A stretch of 32,000 nucleotides of DNA from Candidatus Zixiibacteriota bacterium (lineage in GTDB: Bacteria; Zixibacteria; MSB-5A5; UBA10806; 4484-95), in assembly GCA_024231855.1 (NCBI GenBank), contig JAAEQD010000223.1:6042-38041 (forward strand). Direction: 5' to 3'. Below the pieces are notes generated by a model that was given only the letters and a program-made list of their open reading frames with translations, was not told where the DNA came from and searched no databases. Below, in pieces: positions 17,316 to 26,300 of this stretch. A program made the translations under genes and the position numbers. Each line of letters begins with the position of its first letter. Position 1 is the first letter of the stretch.

Positions 17316-17915
17316 ATGATTAAAGATATCAAAGACCAACTATTAGAATCCGCCGCTATTAAAAAGCAATTGGCGGATAATTATACCGAAATCATTGCCG
17401 ATGCCGCTCGCAGGTGTATCGAGGCTCTAAATAATGGCGGCAAGATAATGTTTTGCGGTAATGGCGGATCGGCAGCCGATAGTCAACATCTGGCAACGGA
17501 ACTGGTCGTTCGGCTTGCCCGGGAAATCGAGAAACGTCCGGCCTTGCCGTCGATTGCCCTGACCACCGATACATCTATCCTGACAGCCTGCGCCAACGAT
17601 ATTGGTTTTAATCTGATTTTCGCCCGGCAGATAGAAGCGCTGGGCCGATCAGCAGATATCCTGATTGCCATCTCGACATCCGGCAAATCTCCGAATATCC
17701 TTGAGGCGGTTAAAGCCGCCAGGGATAAACAGATATACACAATAGGACTTACCGGCAAAAACGGCGGCAATCTGGCCGATACTACAATTGCCGTGCCGTC
17801 CGAGGATGCCCAGCGTATACAGGAATCTCATATCGCTATTGGGCATATTATAATCGGCCTGATCGAACGGGAGATTATTAAGCATGGCTATACCGGTGAA
17901 GCCCAGCGTAGCTAA
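17316..17915 (+). CDS. gmhA: SIS-domain D-sedoheptulose-7-phosphate isomerase (GmhA-like; DiaA-like alternative)
   Basis: 199 aa. Motifs: MFCGNGGSAADSQHLATELV, ISTSGKSPNI, and GLTGKNGG. Confidence 0.75.
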   Translation: MIKDIKDQLLESAAIKKQLADNYTEIIADAARRCIEALNNGGKIMFCGNGGSAADSQHLATELVVRLAREIEKRPALPSIALTTDTSILTACANDIGFNLIFARQIEALGRSADILIAISTSGKSPNILEAVKAARDKQIYTIGLTGKNGGNLADTTIAVPSEDAQRIQESHIAIGHIIIGLIEREIIKHGYTGEAQRS

Positions 17916-19329
17916 AAATTCCATAGTTATGCTTTCGGCCCAGGTAGTGATTAAGCTTCTCGGCTTTTTTTTTACCCTGTATGCCGCCCGTGTTCTGGGC
18001 GTCGAAATATTCGGCCAATATGGTTTTGCCGTTGCCCTGATTACTTTCTTTAGCGTAATCTCCAGCGCCGGCTTAGACACTTATCAAACCCGCCAAACAG
18101 CTTTTATGATCGGCAATCAAAGTATCGACTCGCTTATGACTAATTCGTTTTTAGCCAGGCTGATGGTTAGTATAATGTCTGTCCTTATTATCTATTTAAT
18201 ATCGATATTTATCAATAAGCCTTTGTCGTTTAAAGTCTTTTTGATGCTCTCGTCGCTGGCTATGGCGGTTAATTTTTTGATGGGTAATTTTTCCAGCGCC
18301 CTCTTGGGACATGAAAGATTCAAACTGTATGGTGTTCTGGCGATGGGATCTCAAACGCTGGGGACTATTCTGGGATTGTTAGCTCTCTATATCGGTTTGG
18401 GCTTAATTGGCATTGGCATCGCGCACTTTACCTCAGCGGTTGTGGCGACAATAGTAATCGGCTTGATAGTCAGCCGTCGGGTATGCCGTTTCAGATTTGG
18501 CGGTAGTTTGGCCGGTGCCGCTGAAATCCTGAAAAAGGCGGCGCCCCTGGCGGTAGCGGCAATCCTGACCACAATTTACTACAAGGCCGACTTTGTCATG
18601 CTTTCATTTATCAAGGGAGATACCGCTGTTGGCTATTATAACTCGGCCTACGCGCTTGTTAATGGCTTGCTCCTGGTCTCAACATCGTTTTCAGCGACGA
18701 TTCTTCCCCGGATGTCGGGTTATTTTAGGAGCGATGAAGCTAAATTGAATCAACTTTATAGTAATAGCTTTAAGTACATGCTATTTATAGGATTAGCGGC
18801 CGCTTTCGGAGCCACATTTCTGGCTAAGCCGCTTTTTATCTTAGTCTATCCTGAATCTTACATGCCGGGAGTTGACGCGCTAAAAATCCTGATCTGGGCG
18901 CTGGCTTTAATGTTTGTCAATATGATTCAAAGCGCCCACCTGATAGCTCGTGATTTAAGTAAGCAATTGATGATTATAACCGGTATCGGGGCGATTATTA
19001 ACATTATTCTGAATTTTATCTTGATCCCCAGATTTAGTTTCAGTGGCGCCGCCGTGGCCACCGTTGTATCCGAGGTATTGGCAGGTATCGGTTTTTTCCT
19101 GCTTCTAAGGCGTCATCTTCCATTAAGTCAATTGTTATCATGGCTGGGACGGCTAATCCCGGCAATTGCGGCTATGAGCCTGTTTTTGATTTTCACACCG
19201 GCGCTGAATGTAATTCTGAGGATAATAGGGGGCGCGGTTATCTTCGCTGTCATATTAACGCTTTCAAAAGGACTTACACGTCAAGATTTGGATTATTTGA
19301 TAAATCTTTTGCCTTGGGGCAAAAATTGA
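17884..19329 (+). CDS. MOP-superfamily polysaccharide/oligosaccharide flippase (Wzx-like)
   Basis: 481 aa, roughly 12-14 hydrophobic helices, with an N-terminus (KNSIVMLSAQVVIKLLGFFFTLYAARVLG) typical of polysaccharide biosynthesis flippases. It overlaps gmhA by 32 nt, so an internal start cannot be excluded. Confidence 0.7.
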   Translation: MAIPVKPSVAKNSIVMLSAQVVIKLLGFFFTLYAARVLGVEIFGQYGFAVALITFFSVISSAGLDTYQTRQTAFMIGNQSIDSLMTNSFLARLMVSIMSVLIIYLISIFINKPLSFKVFLMLSSLAMAVNFLMGNFSSALLGHERFKLYGVLAMGSQTLGTILGLLALYIGLGLIGIGIAHFTSAVVATIVIGLIVSRRVCRFRFGGSLAGAAEILKKAAPLAVAAILTTIYYKADFVMLSFIKGDTAVGYYNSAYALVNGLLLVSTSFSATILPRMSGYFRSDEAKLNQLYSNSFKYMLFIGLAAAFGATFLAKPLFILVYPESYMPGVDALKILIWALALMFVNMIQSAHLIARDLSKQLMIITGIGAIINIILNFILIPRFSFSGAAVATVVSEVLAGIGFFLLLRRHLPLSQLLSWLGRLIPAIAAMSLFLIFTPALNVILRIIGGAVIFAVILTLSKGLTRQDLDYLINLLPWGKN

Positions 19330-19457
19330 ATAAAATTGCGATATTCTTTAGTGTTAATTAACAATAGATTACAAAAATCGCTTGACTTTTAAGGATTATT
19401 ATTTAATTTCGGATGTTGCTTTAAGAACAGCCTTAGGGCTGAAATTTAGGGGAAGGA

Positions 19458-19700
19458 ATGATGGCCAGAAAATTATCGAAGAACGAAGAAAGCCTCGGAT
19501 TTGGAAAGCTTAATTATGTTCTCATGGCTGTCGGTCTGGGCATGATTGTCCTGGGCTATATCCTTCTGGCGGTTGGCGATATCACGGGCGCGCCGATATT
19601 ATTAGTGATTGGTTATTGCGCGGTATTGCCGACGGCGATTCTAATATCGCAGCGATCGAAACAGGGTTCAGCTGGTACCGATCCCTCTATCGAAAAATAG
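19458..19700 (+). CDS. small two-helix membrane protein, function unknown
   Basis: 80 aa with a GGGGAAGG motif upstream. It has two hydrophobic stretches (LNYVLMAVGLGMIVLGYILLAVG and APILLVIGYCAVLPTAILI). Confidence 0.6.
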   Translation: MMARKLSKNEESLGFGKLNYVLMAVGLGMIVLGYILLAVGDITGAPILLVIGYCAVLPTAILISQRSKQGSAGTDPSIEK

Positions 19701-19743
19701 CGTACTAGTCGCTGAGTTCTTTAAAATAGAAAATAATCGCAAC

Positions 19744-19818
19744 GGGGTTGTAGTTCAGTTTGGTTAGAACGCCTGCCTGTCACGCAGGAGGCCGCGAGTT
19801 CGAGTCTCGTCAACCCCG
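19744..19818 (+). tRNA. tRNA-Asp (anticodon GTC)
   Basis: GGGGTTG TA GTTC AGTTTGGTTA GAAC G CCTGC CTGTCAC GCAGG AGGCC GCGAG TTCGAGT CTCGT CAACCCC G. All four stems pair perfectly and no CCA is encoded. Confidence 0.95.
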
Positions 19819-21252
19819 CTTTAAGATACGACCGGACCCTTTGGCAAGAATGTCAAAGGGTTTTCTGTATGTGGGATAAAGAGTTCCGCGATAGAATGTG
19901 CAGTTCGATAGTATAGTATTCAGTAATTTCCGTTGTTCTTCCCGAGATTCATGTAAAAACATATCGTAAGCGGAGTTAGCGAGTTCTAAAATGGTTGCCC
20001 CTGTTTTGTAGTAATTTGAATTCGCCAATTCGTAGGATTTGATTTTATGCTGAATATCTATCAATTCATGTTCCCATTCGCTGGATTTTCTTTCCCAGAG
20101 CGATTCAGAGATTTTACAGCTTAATTTGTCCTCATATGCTCGATCCAAAAGACGTTGAATATGATTATGTCGCTTTTGTAGAGAAGTTATCGATGAGGTA
20201 TGGAATTCTTTCTTGTCTTTTTGGCTTTCGAGTAATGCTTGTTTGATATCTTCAACAGCATGTTCACCTATTCTTATCCGTTTTACAGCATCAGCAAGCA
20301 GATGGCCTAATCTTTCTTCTCGAATATAGACATTATCACATTTACCTCGAAACTGAGTGCAGTGATAATAAATATATTTACCTTTCTTAATCTCGGGAGT
20401 CATCGCGCAGCCGCATTTTCCACAAGAAATGAATCCGGCAAACGCGAATTCCCGTTTTGTTTCTTTTGGGTGGTTTGATTGGGCGAAAACCCGCTGAACA
20501 TCATCGTAAAGCGTTTTGCTTATTATAGTGGAGTGTTTACCGAGGTATCGTTTCCCCTTCCAAATAAAATCACCATAATAAATTGGATTATTAAGAATTC
20601 GATGGATTCCGGCTTTATTAATTGTATTTGAATTACGTGAAAATAAACCAGATTCTTTTGCTTTTATAGACAGTTGCTCCAGCGAATATTGTCCAGATGC
20701 ATACCATTCAAATAGACGTTTTATAAAGGGACCTTTAATCGGATCGGGTTCAATCAGCTTAGATTCCTTATTGCTCGTATATCCTACTGGTGGTCGAGCA
20801 GGCCATTCTCCCTGTTCTGCCTTTTCTGTTAAGCCTTTTTTGACCTCTTCGGATAAATTGTCGATGTAATTCTTTGCCATTAATACTTTGATACCATGCA
20901 TAAATTTTTCCGAAGATTTTGAGTTTTTGGATAATACTGAGCCTTCTTTTACAAAATGTATTTCAATATCATATTCATCGAGAATTACCCAATCTTTAAT
21001 ATTTCGATATAATCTGTCTGTCTTTTCAACCAAAATAGTCTTACAGGTTGGATTGGATTTCAGGAATGAAAGCATATTGCCAAAACCTATTCTACCGGTC
21101 TTTTTCGCGGTCTCAACGTCGATATATTCAGCGACTACCCGGAATCGCTTTTCAAGAGCATACTTTCTAAGCAATTTCAATTGGGATGGTATTGAATAGC
21201 CCTCTTTCTCTTGCTCCTTTGAAGAAACCCTGGCATATATGACACAATTCAT
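19810..21252 (-). CDS. large serine recombinase
   Basis: 480 aa. The N-terminus MNCVIYARVSSKEQEKEGYSIPSQ...ILVEKTDRLYRN is the catalytic domain. A recombinase domain and zinc ribbon (CGKCGCAM...YYHC...C) follow, then a coiled coil. The stop and last two codons (19810-19818) overlap the tRNA-Asp acceptor 3' strand. Confidence 0.9.
   Translation of the reverse strand: MNCVIYARVSSKEQEKEGYSIPSQLKLLRKYALEKRFRVVAEYIDVETAKKTGRIGFGNMLSFLKSNPTCKTILVEKTDRLYRNIKDWVILDEYDIEIHFVKEGSVLSKNSKSSEKFMHGIKVLMAKNYIDNLSEEVKKGLTEKAEQGEWPARPPVGYTSNKESKLIEPDPIKGPFIKRLFEWYASGQYSLEQLSIKAKESGLFSRNSNTINKAGIHRILNNPIYYGDFIWKGKRYLGKHSTIISKTLYDDVQRVFAQSNHPKETKREFAFAGFISCGKCGCAMTPEIKKGKYIYYHCTQFRGKCDNVYIREERLGHLLADAVKRIRIGEHAVEDIKQALLESQKDKKEFHTSSITSLQKRHNHIQRLLDRAYEDKLSCKISESLWERKSSEWEHELIDIQHKIKSYELANSNYYKTGATILELANSAYDMFLHESREEQRKLLNTILSNCTFYRGTLYPTYRKPFDILAKGSGRILKRG
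19837..19865 (+). terminator. rho-independent terminator downstream of tRNA-Asp (embedded in the 3' coding end of the antisense LSR gene)
   Basis: ccctttggca agaa tgtcaaaggg forms a 10-bp stem with one G-U pair, followed by tttt at 19861-19864. Confidence 0.5.
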
Positions 21253-21446
21253 TTTTCCAATCCTTTTTTGCCAATAAGCTTCCTGATATGATAAGACTGA
21301 ATTTTATTTGGGTATTGATGCCGATTTAACCATCGATTGATAGTTACAAATGACACACCCAATAAATCAGCTAACTCTTGCTGTGTGATCCGATTATCCA
21401 AGCGATATTCTTCCAGTTCTTCAATGAGTTTCTGTTCTTTTTGCAT
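21249..21446 (-). CDS. small helix-turn-helix DNA-binding protein (candidate regulator or directionality factor)
   Basis: 65 aa. ITQQELADLLGVSFVTINRWLN is a classic HTH. Its TGA overlaps the LSR ATG (ATGA on the minus strand at 21252-21249). Confidence 0.75.
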   Translation of the reverse strand: MQKEQKLIEELEEYRLDNRITQQELADLLGVSFVTINRWLNRHQYPNKIQSYHIRKLIGKKGLEK

Positions 21447-21478
21447 ATATCGTAATATATCGTTATATAATTAACAAG

Positions 21479-22579
21479 TCAAGCTTTATTTTTTGCTTCT
21501 GTCAGAATTTTTATAGCTTTGTTGATTTCGTCTTTTTGATTTTGGTTCTCTTCAGAAGGATTAAAACTCATGGTTGATATTACCTCTTTTACTTGATATT
21601 CATCAAGATTTCCATAAGTCAACAATGTGGTTCCAACGAATTGATGGCCAAAATTTTGACTGATTGCTTTCATCTGCTCGGCATTTCTGCAATTCTTCAT
21701 AGCTATGTGTATTGCTGCATGTCTAAATGAATGGGGCTGATAATAATCGAGACCTGCGGTAGATGAACGCTTTTTTAGTATTTCGCGAATTCTTCCGGCG
21801 CTTTTCCAGAAATGAGGTTCTACCTTTAATGAAGTAAATGTCAATCCGCCTTTGATTTGCTCAATCTTATTTCGAGGGAAAAAGGGGCTGGTTGGTGCAT
21901 ATAGTTTTTCTTTGAGTAGATAATAATGCCATTTGGTAACATATGATACTAATTGATCATCAAATTGTAGTAACGTAGAATGGATTAACTTGCCAAACTT
22001 GGTTTCTACCCCTTTTTGTGGGTCTTGGATGATTTCGAGAGTTTCTTGATCAAAACAACCCAGGGGAAGTGTGCTAATTGCTTTATCTCTCATTCCGCTT
22101 AGCAATAAAAATGCTATTAAGGCTCGGTCCCGGCGGTCGATTTCAGTTTCAATTTTTATTGAATCAGTTAACCGCTTAACATATTCTAATGAAGGAAACT
22201 TGACTGCTTTTGGCGTAAGAGCTTCTCGAACTTTTTTCTTTTCCAAAGTCAAATACGATACCGTGTCCAGATTGATTTTTGATTTATAGCCTGGTTGGCC
22301 AGACAACCATGAAAAAAAACTCTTAAGATGGCGTAGATGGTGATAAATAGTTGTTGTTGATAGGCTTTTTCCCTTTCTTTTTCTCTCACAAAGCCACTTT
22401 TTAAAATTAATGGCTTTTGTTTGGGAAAATGCCTCATAGTCATTATGTCGAGCAAAATCTTCATACAACCAAATGGCTTTTTCAACGCTACAAATTGTCG
22501 ATTCCGAAAATCCCGAGGCCTCTCTTAATCGCTTGATATATCGTCTCTTCAATTTCTCATTATTTATATTTATTTTCAT
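21479..22579 (-). CDS. tyrosine-type site-specific recombinase/integrase
   Basis: 366 aa with an N-terminal SAM-like core-binding region. Catalytic-domain motifs: LLLSGMRDKAI (Arg), HSFRHAAIH (HxxR), and GHQFVGTTLLTYGN (Tyr). Confidence 0.85.
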   Translation of the reverse strand: MKININNEKLKRRYIKRLREASGFSESTICSVEKAIWLYEDFARHNDYEAFSQTKAINFKKWLCERKRKGKSLSTTTIYHHLRHLKSFFSWLSGQPGYKSKINLDTVSYLTLEKKKVREALTPKAVKFPSLEYVKRLTDSIKIETEIDRRDRALIAFLLLSGMRDKAISTLPLGCFDQETLEIIQDPQKGVETKFGKLIHSTLLQFDDQLVSYVTKWHYYLLKEKLYAPTSPFFPRNKIEQIKGGLTFTSLKVEPHFWKSAGRIREILKKRSSTAGLDYYQPHSFRHAAIHIAMKNCRNAEQMKAISQNFGHQFVGTTLLTYGNLDEYQVKEVISTMSFNPSEENQNQKDEINKAIKILTEAKNKA

Positions 22580-22615
22580 GATTATTGACCTCCACGATGT
22601 CAGTGTTTACGATAG

Positions 22616-23113
22616 GTTCTAAGTTACCTATTAGAGATCGCTGTCAGGGCGTCATTGACAGGTCATTTGGTCCTATCAACGCTTCACACCAATGATGCTG
22701 CCTCGGCTATCACCAGGCTAATCAATATGAATATCGAACCCTATCTGATAGCTTCATCCCTATCGATGGTTGTAGCTCAACGCCTGGTCAGATTGCTCTG
22801 TCTGGACTGCAAAACAGAATATGAACCATCTGCTCTAGAGCTGGAGAAGCTGGGATTAAAGGCAGATACTAATCATCGCTTTTATGCTCCTAACGGTTGT
22901 GATAAGTGTTTGGGTACAGGTTATGTAAGCAGGTCTGGGGTATACGAAATATTGCCTATTAATGATGATATATCATCGCTTATATTGAATAACGCACCTT
23001 TGAGTGATTACAGAAAACTAATTCATACAATGAGTTACGGATTGCTCAAGGTTAATGCTATCGAGCTTTTAAAGTCAGGTCAAACTTCCTTTATTGAAAT
23101 CTCGACTTTATAA
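22616..23113 (+). pseudogene. 3' remnant of a GspE/PilB-family secretion or type IV pilus ATPase
   Basis: The frame opens just after a TAG at 22613-22615. Homology begins around [22 protein letters not shown] (His box). The C-terminal tetracysteine motif CLDCK...CDKCLGTGY is present. The Walker A/B two-thirds of the gene are missing, and only a TTG (22655) is available as a start. Confidence 0.75.
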
Positions 23114-23166
23114 CTAATTATCTATAATACAATTATAAAATAGTTAAGAAATTTCAAAAAAACAAT

Positions 23167-23196
23167 TTGACAGATAAGTATATCCTTTTGTATCAT
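23167..23196 (+). promoter_or_regulatory. putative sigma-70-type promoter of the giant gene
   Basis: TTGACA (23167-23172), 18 nt, TATCAT (23191-23196), about 127 nt upstream of GTG 23323. Consensus match only. Confidence 0.35.
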
Positions 23197-23322
23197 TTAA
23201 TCCAGTTAGGCAAATAGACCAATAAAAGTAATACGCCTAGTTCGTTGCTACGGTCGCTACAATAAGTTTATTAAAAGATTAATAACTAAATAGTTGTTTC
23301 ATTGGGGGGTGAGGAGGATGTT

Positions 23323-26300
23323 GTGCATAAATCTCAGTTTTTTGGCTCAATTGTATTAATAGCTATTCTCTTGGTTTTACTAACACCTTACACAGGTTTT
23401 TGTGTAGAGGCAGAATCGAGCTATCAAGGTCTGAATATTGGCGGTGAACAGGCTCAAAATCCTTTTCAGTCAGATGGAGTTTCCTCTGATGACGTGAATA
23501 CTTTTACCGGCAATGTTGAACTTGACATGCAATTAGTATCATTGCCCGGACCTAATGGTTTTAACTTAGAGCTTGGGATAGAATACTGCAGCGAAATAGA
23601 AGAAATGGTATATCAGAATAACGATAGGACTCAATCATCCTGGTTAGGTGTCGGCTGGAACCTGGAAATGCCGGCGATAGTAGCAGATTTGAATGGAACG
23701 GTTGATTATAATGATGATAAATATTTTTATAATTCTCCGGGTGAAGGAATGATTCCCTTAATCCCGATCGTAACAGATCCTGAACAAGATGAATATATGC
23801 TCGAGCGTTTCCAGCCCTGGAAAATTAAGCGGATATTTGGTCAGGAGCAGAATAATGTTCAGTATGTAATCAGTTGGGAAATAACCAGAGAAGATGGCTC
23901 GATGTTAATATTCGGCGATAATATCGATCCAAATATTCCAAATCCACTAGGATTTGATTTTGACGCAACCAGAATAGCCCTGGGTTTGGAAAACAGCATT
24001 TTAGCAATAAAAACCAATGTCGATGAGACTGTTATTTCGGAAATACGGCATGTTTCTTACCAATGGGATTTAAAAACTGTTAAGAGCGTTGATCATCAAA
24101 ATAGCATCACTATATGTTACGGACAACAAACCAAATTGGGATATAGCGAAGGTGCTTCAGTGAATGAATACTTTACAAGGTGCTCTCATCCGGACACTAT
24201 AATCGACGCGATTGGAAGATCAGTCGTTTTCTATACTGGTATCCGCCTGCCGGGAGAATACTATAACAAAATGCCACATTCAAATTTCGCCCGACATGAT
24301 TCGGTTTACCTCGACAGCTTGGTAATGTTTGGCTGCGACGGCGATTGGCTCGGAAAATATGATTTTAGTTACGCGTTATCTAATGTCTATGAAGAATATC
24401 CTTATGATTTAAAACGTTATTTAACCGGGATCTCATATTATGCTTATAATGATAGTACTGTTCCAACATTAAGGCTTGACTATTATCTTGATCAGGAGCA
24501 TGCCCCCGTTGCTGGATTGTTTAAGGGTAGTGATAATAACGGCCCTTCAACAGAAGATTATGAAATGCATGTTATGAATAATTTAATTGATTATGATATA
24601 TTTACTCAAGATTATTTATTGCCGAATGCCATAAAGAATAGTTTTGGTTTGGATCTTGGGATTGCTAAAACCGTTGATCGGATAAAAATCTATGATAACG
24701 CCGGTACTGGAACCGCCGGTACAGATCATGAAGTCACTATTCTATATGGAGGTAACAATAGTGATTGGACCGTCCTTGAAACCCTGGATCAAAGCTCTAT
24801 AGATCGAATAGATGACTGCTACTGGATGATCCCATTAACAACTCCCACATCAGCGCGCTTCTGGCGTGTTTATATCGACGGTCAATTAAAGGTTGATGAC
24901 TTACCCGTTTATTTTACGGAAATTAAAGCGTATGACGAGGATCCGGTTGAAGATCATCCTTATTTTGGCGCTTTAAGATCAATCAGGTATCCTGGCGGTT
25001 CAAAAGTAGAATATGGATATGCCAAAAAATCACTCGAATACGCTCCGATTGATACAAATGTAACCGTTTTATTGGAGGACTCGTCTGATCCGTTTATAAG
25101 AGAGCAGTCTTCGGAATACTTCATAGCGCAAAGACGCGTTAGTAATGCCCACCTGACAGTTCATTATTGGGATGGCTATTGGCGCCAGATTACCTTCAAC
25201 AACGTTGAACATTATGCATGTGCCGGAAATTCTTTTGTATTTACTTCAAATGATCCGCAAGATTTTACCGTACACATATATGAAATCAGAAACGGCAAAT
25301 TAGAGAATACTAACAACTTCGAATGCGGAGTCCCTAATTCTCCGCGAAGAAGTGGTACGGAAATTTGGGCCGGACAGGATTGCTACTATCTAAGGGTCAC
25401 CCCGGAAAACACCGCAGTATATCCAATAGCTGCACATTTTCTGGTTAAACATAATGGTCAATGGTTGAAAGAAACTAATAATAGCTTCCACCTGGGCCTT
25501 TGTGTACCTTGTGACAATACTTCGCATCGTGATAGCGTTTTCGTAGGTAAAGATTACTTCGTAATTGAAAATAATCTGAAGGATTGGGAAGCTAATCCAC
25601 CACATGGAGAATGGCAATGCGAGCGGAGAATCTACGCCTGGAAATGGAATGGCGTTCCTGGTTCAGGCGGTACAGTACAACATCTGTATACCGGAAACAA
25701 TATGGATATGAATTTCTATTTTATTCCTTCGGATGATTATTTTGTTATTTCCATGGGCTCGGATGATTACTATGCATGTGAGCATTCTGGAGATCCAAAT
25801 AGTGGACATTGGAGGCAAGATTGGACTCAAACAATATACTTGTATTTATGGGATACTGTTAGCGAACGCTGGAATGAACATGAAGTTGGCTACGTTGAAG
25901 ATTTTATGAGAGAGGGAAATTGGCATCAGTTCCACCCAGGATCCGGTTGGATTTGGCTAACAGCTCAGCGAGACTTTTTTGCCTATGCCGTAGATAACAG
26001 GCCGTGGAGGGATGACCACCAGGACGGATGTTTCTGCAGAATAGTAAAAATAAATCGCAATGAGGATGGCAGCAATGGGTCTGGTCCTACTGATAGAACG
26101 ATAGCTATCCAAGAATTGGACTGGGGCAACAAAATCAATGTAACATCCGGTCCTGATTATGTGGCTATAATTGATAATCCTAGAGGCGAACTTAAAATTT
26201 GGGAATGGAATGGAAACAGCTGGAGTTCGACGGAAATTCCATTAGCTGTCGACCCCCATTTAGATGATTATGTTTATATGTGGCCATCCGGCGATCATTT

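Larger units (their letters stand above)
19810..22615. mobile_element. recombinase module (LSR + HTH + tyrosine integrase) marking the tRNA-Asp-proximal end of an AT-rich island C
   Basis: Three co-oriented recombination genes start on the tRNA-Asp 3' end. On the other side they abut a truncated pilB/gspE gene. The composition is AT-richer than the core. No right-hand tRNA-Asp repeat was found in the window, so the island may continue through the giant gene. Confidence 0.55.

Noticed and set aside
17649-18080. 143-aa minus-strand ORF spanning the gmhA/flippase junction, plus the antisense ORFs at 16394-16916
   Set aside because: They are antisense to confidently assigned genes and have no independent support.
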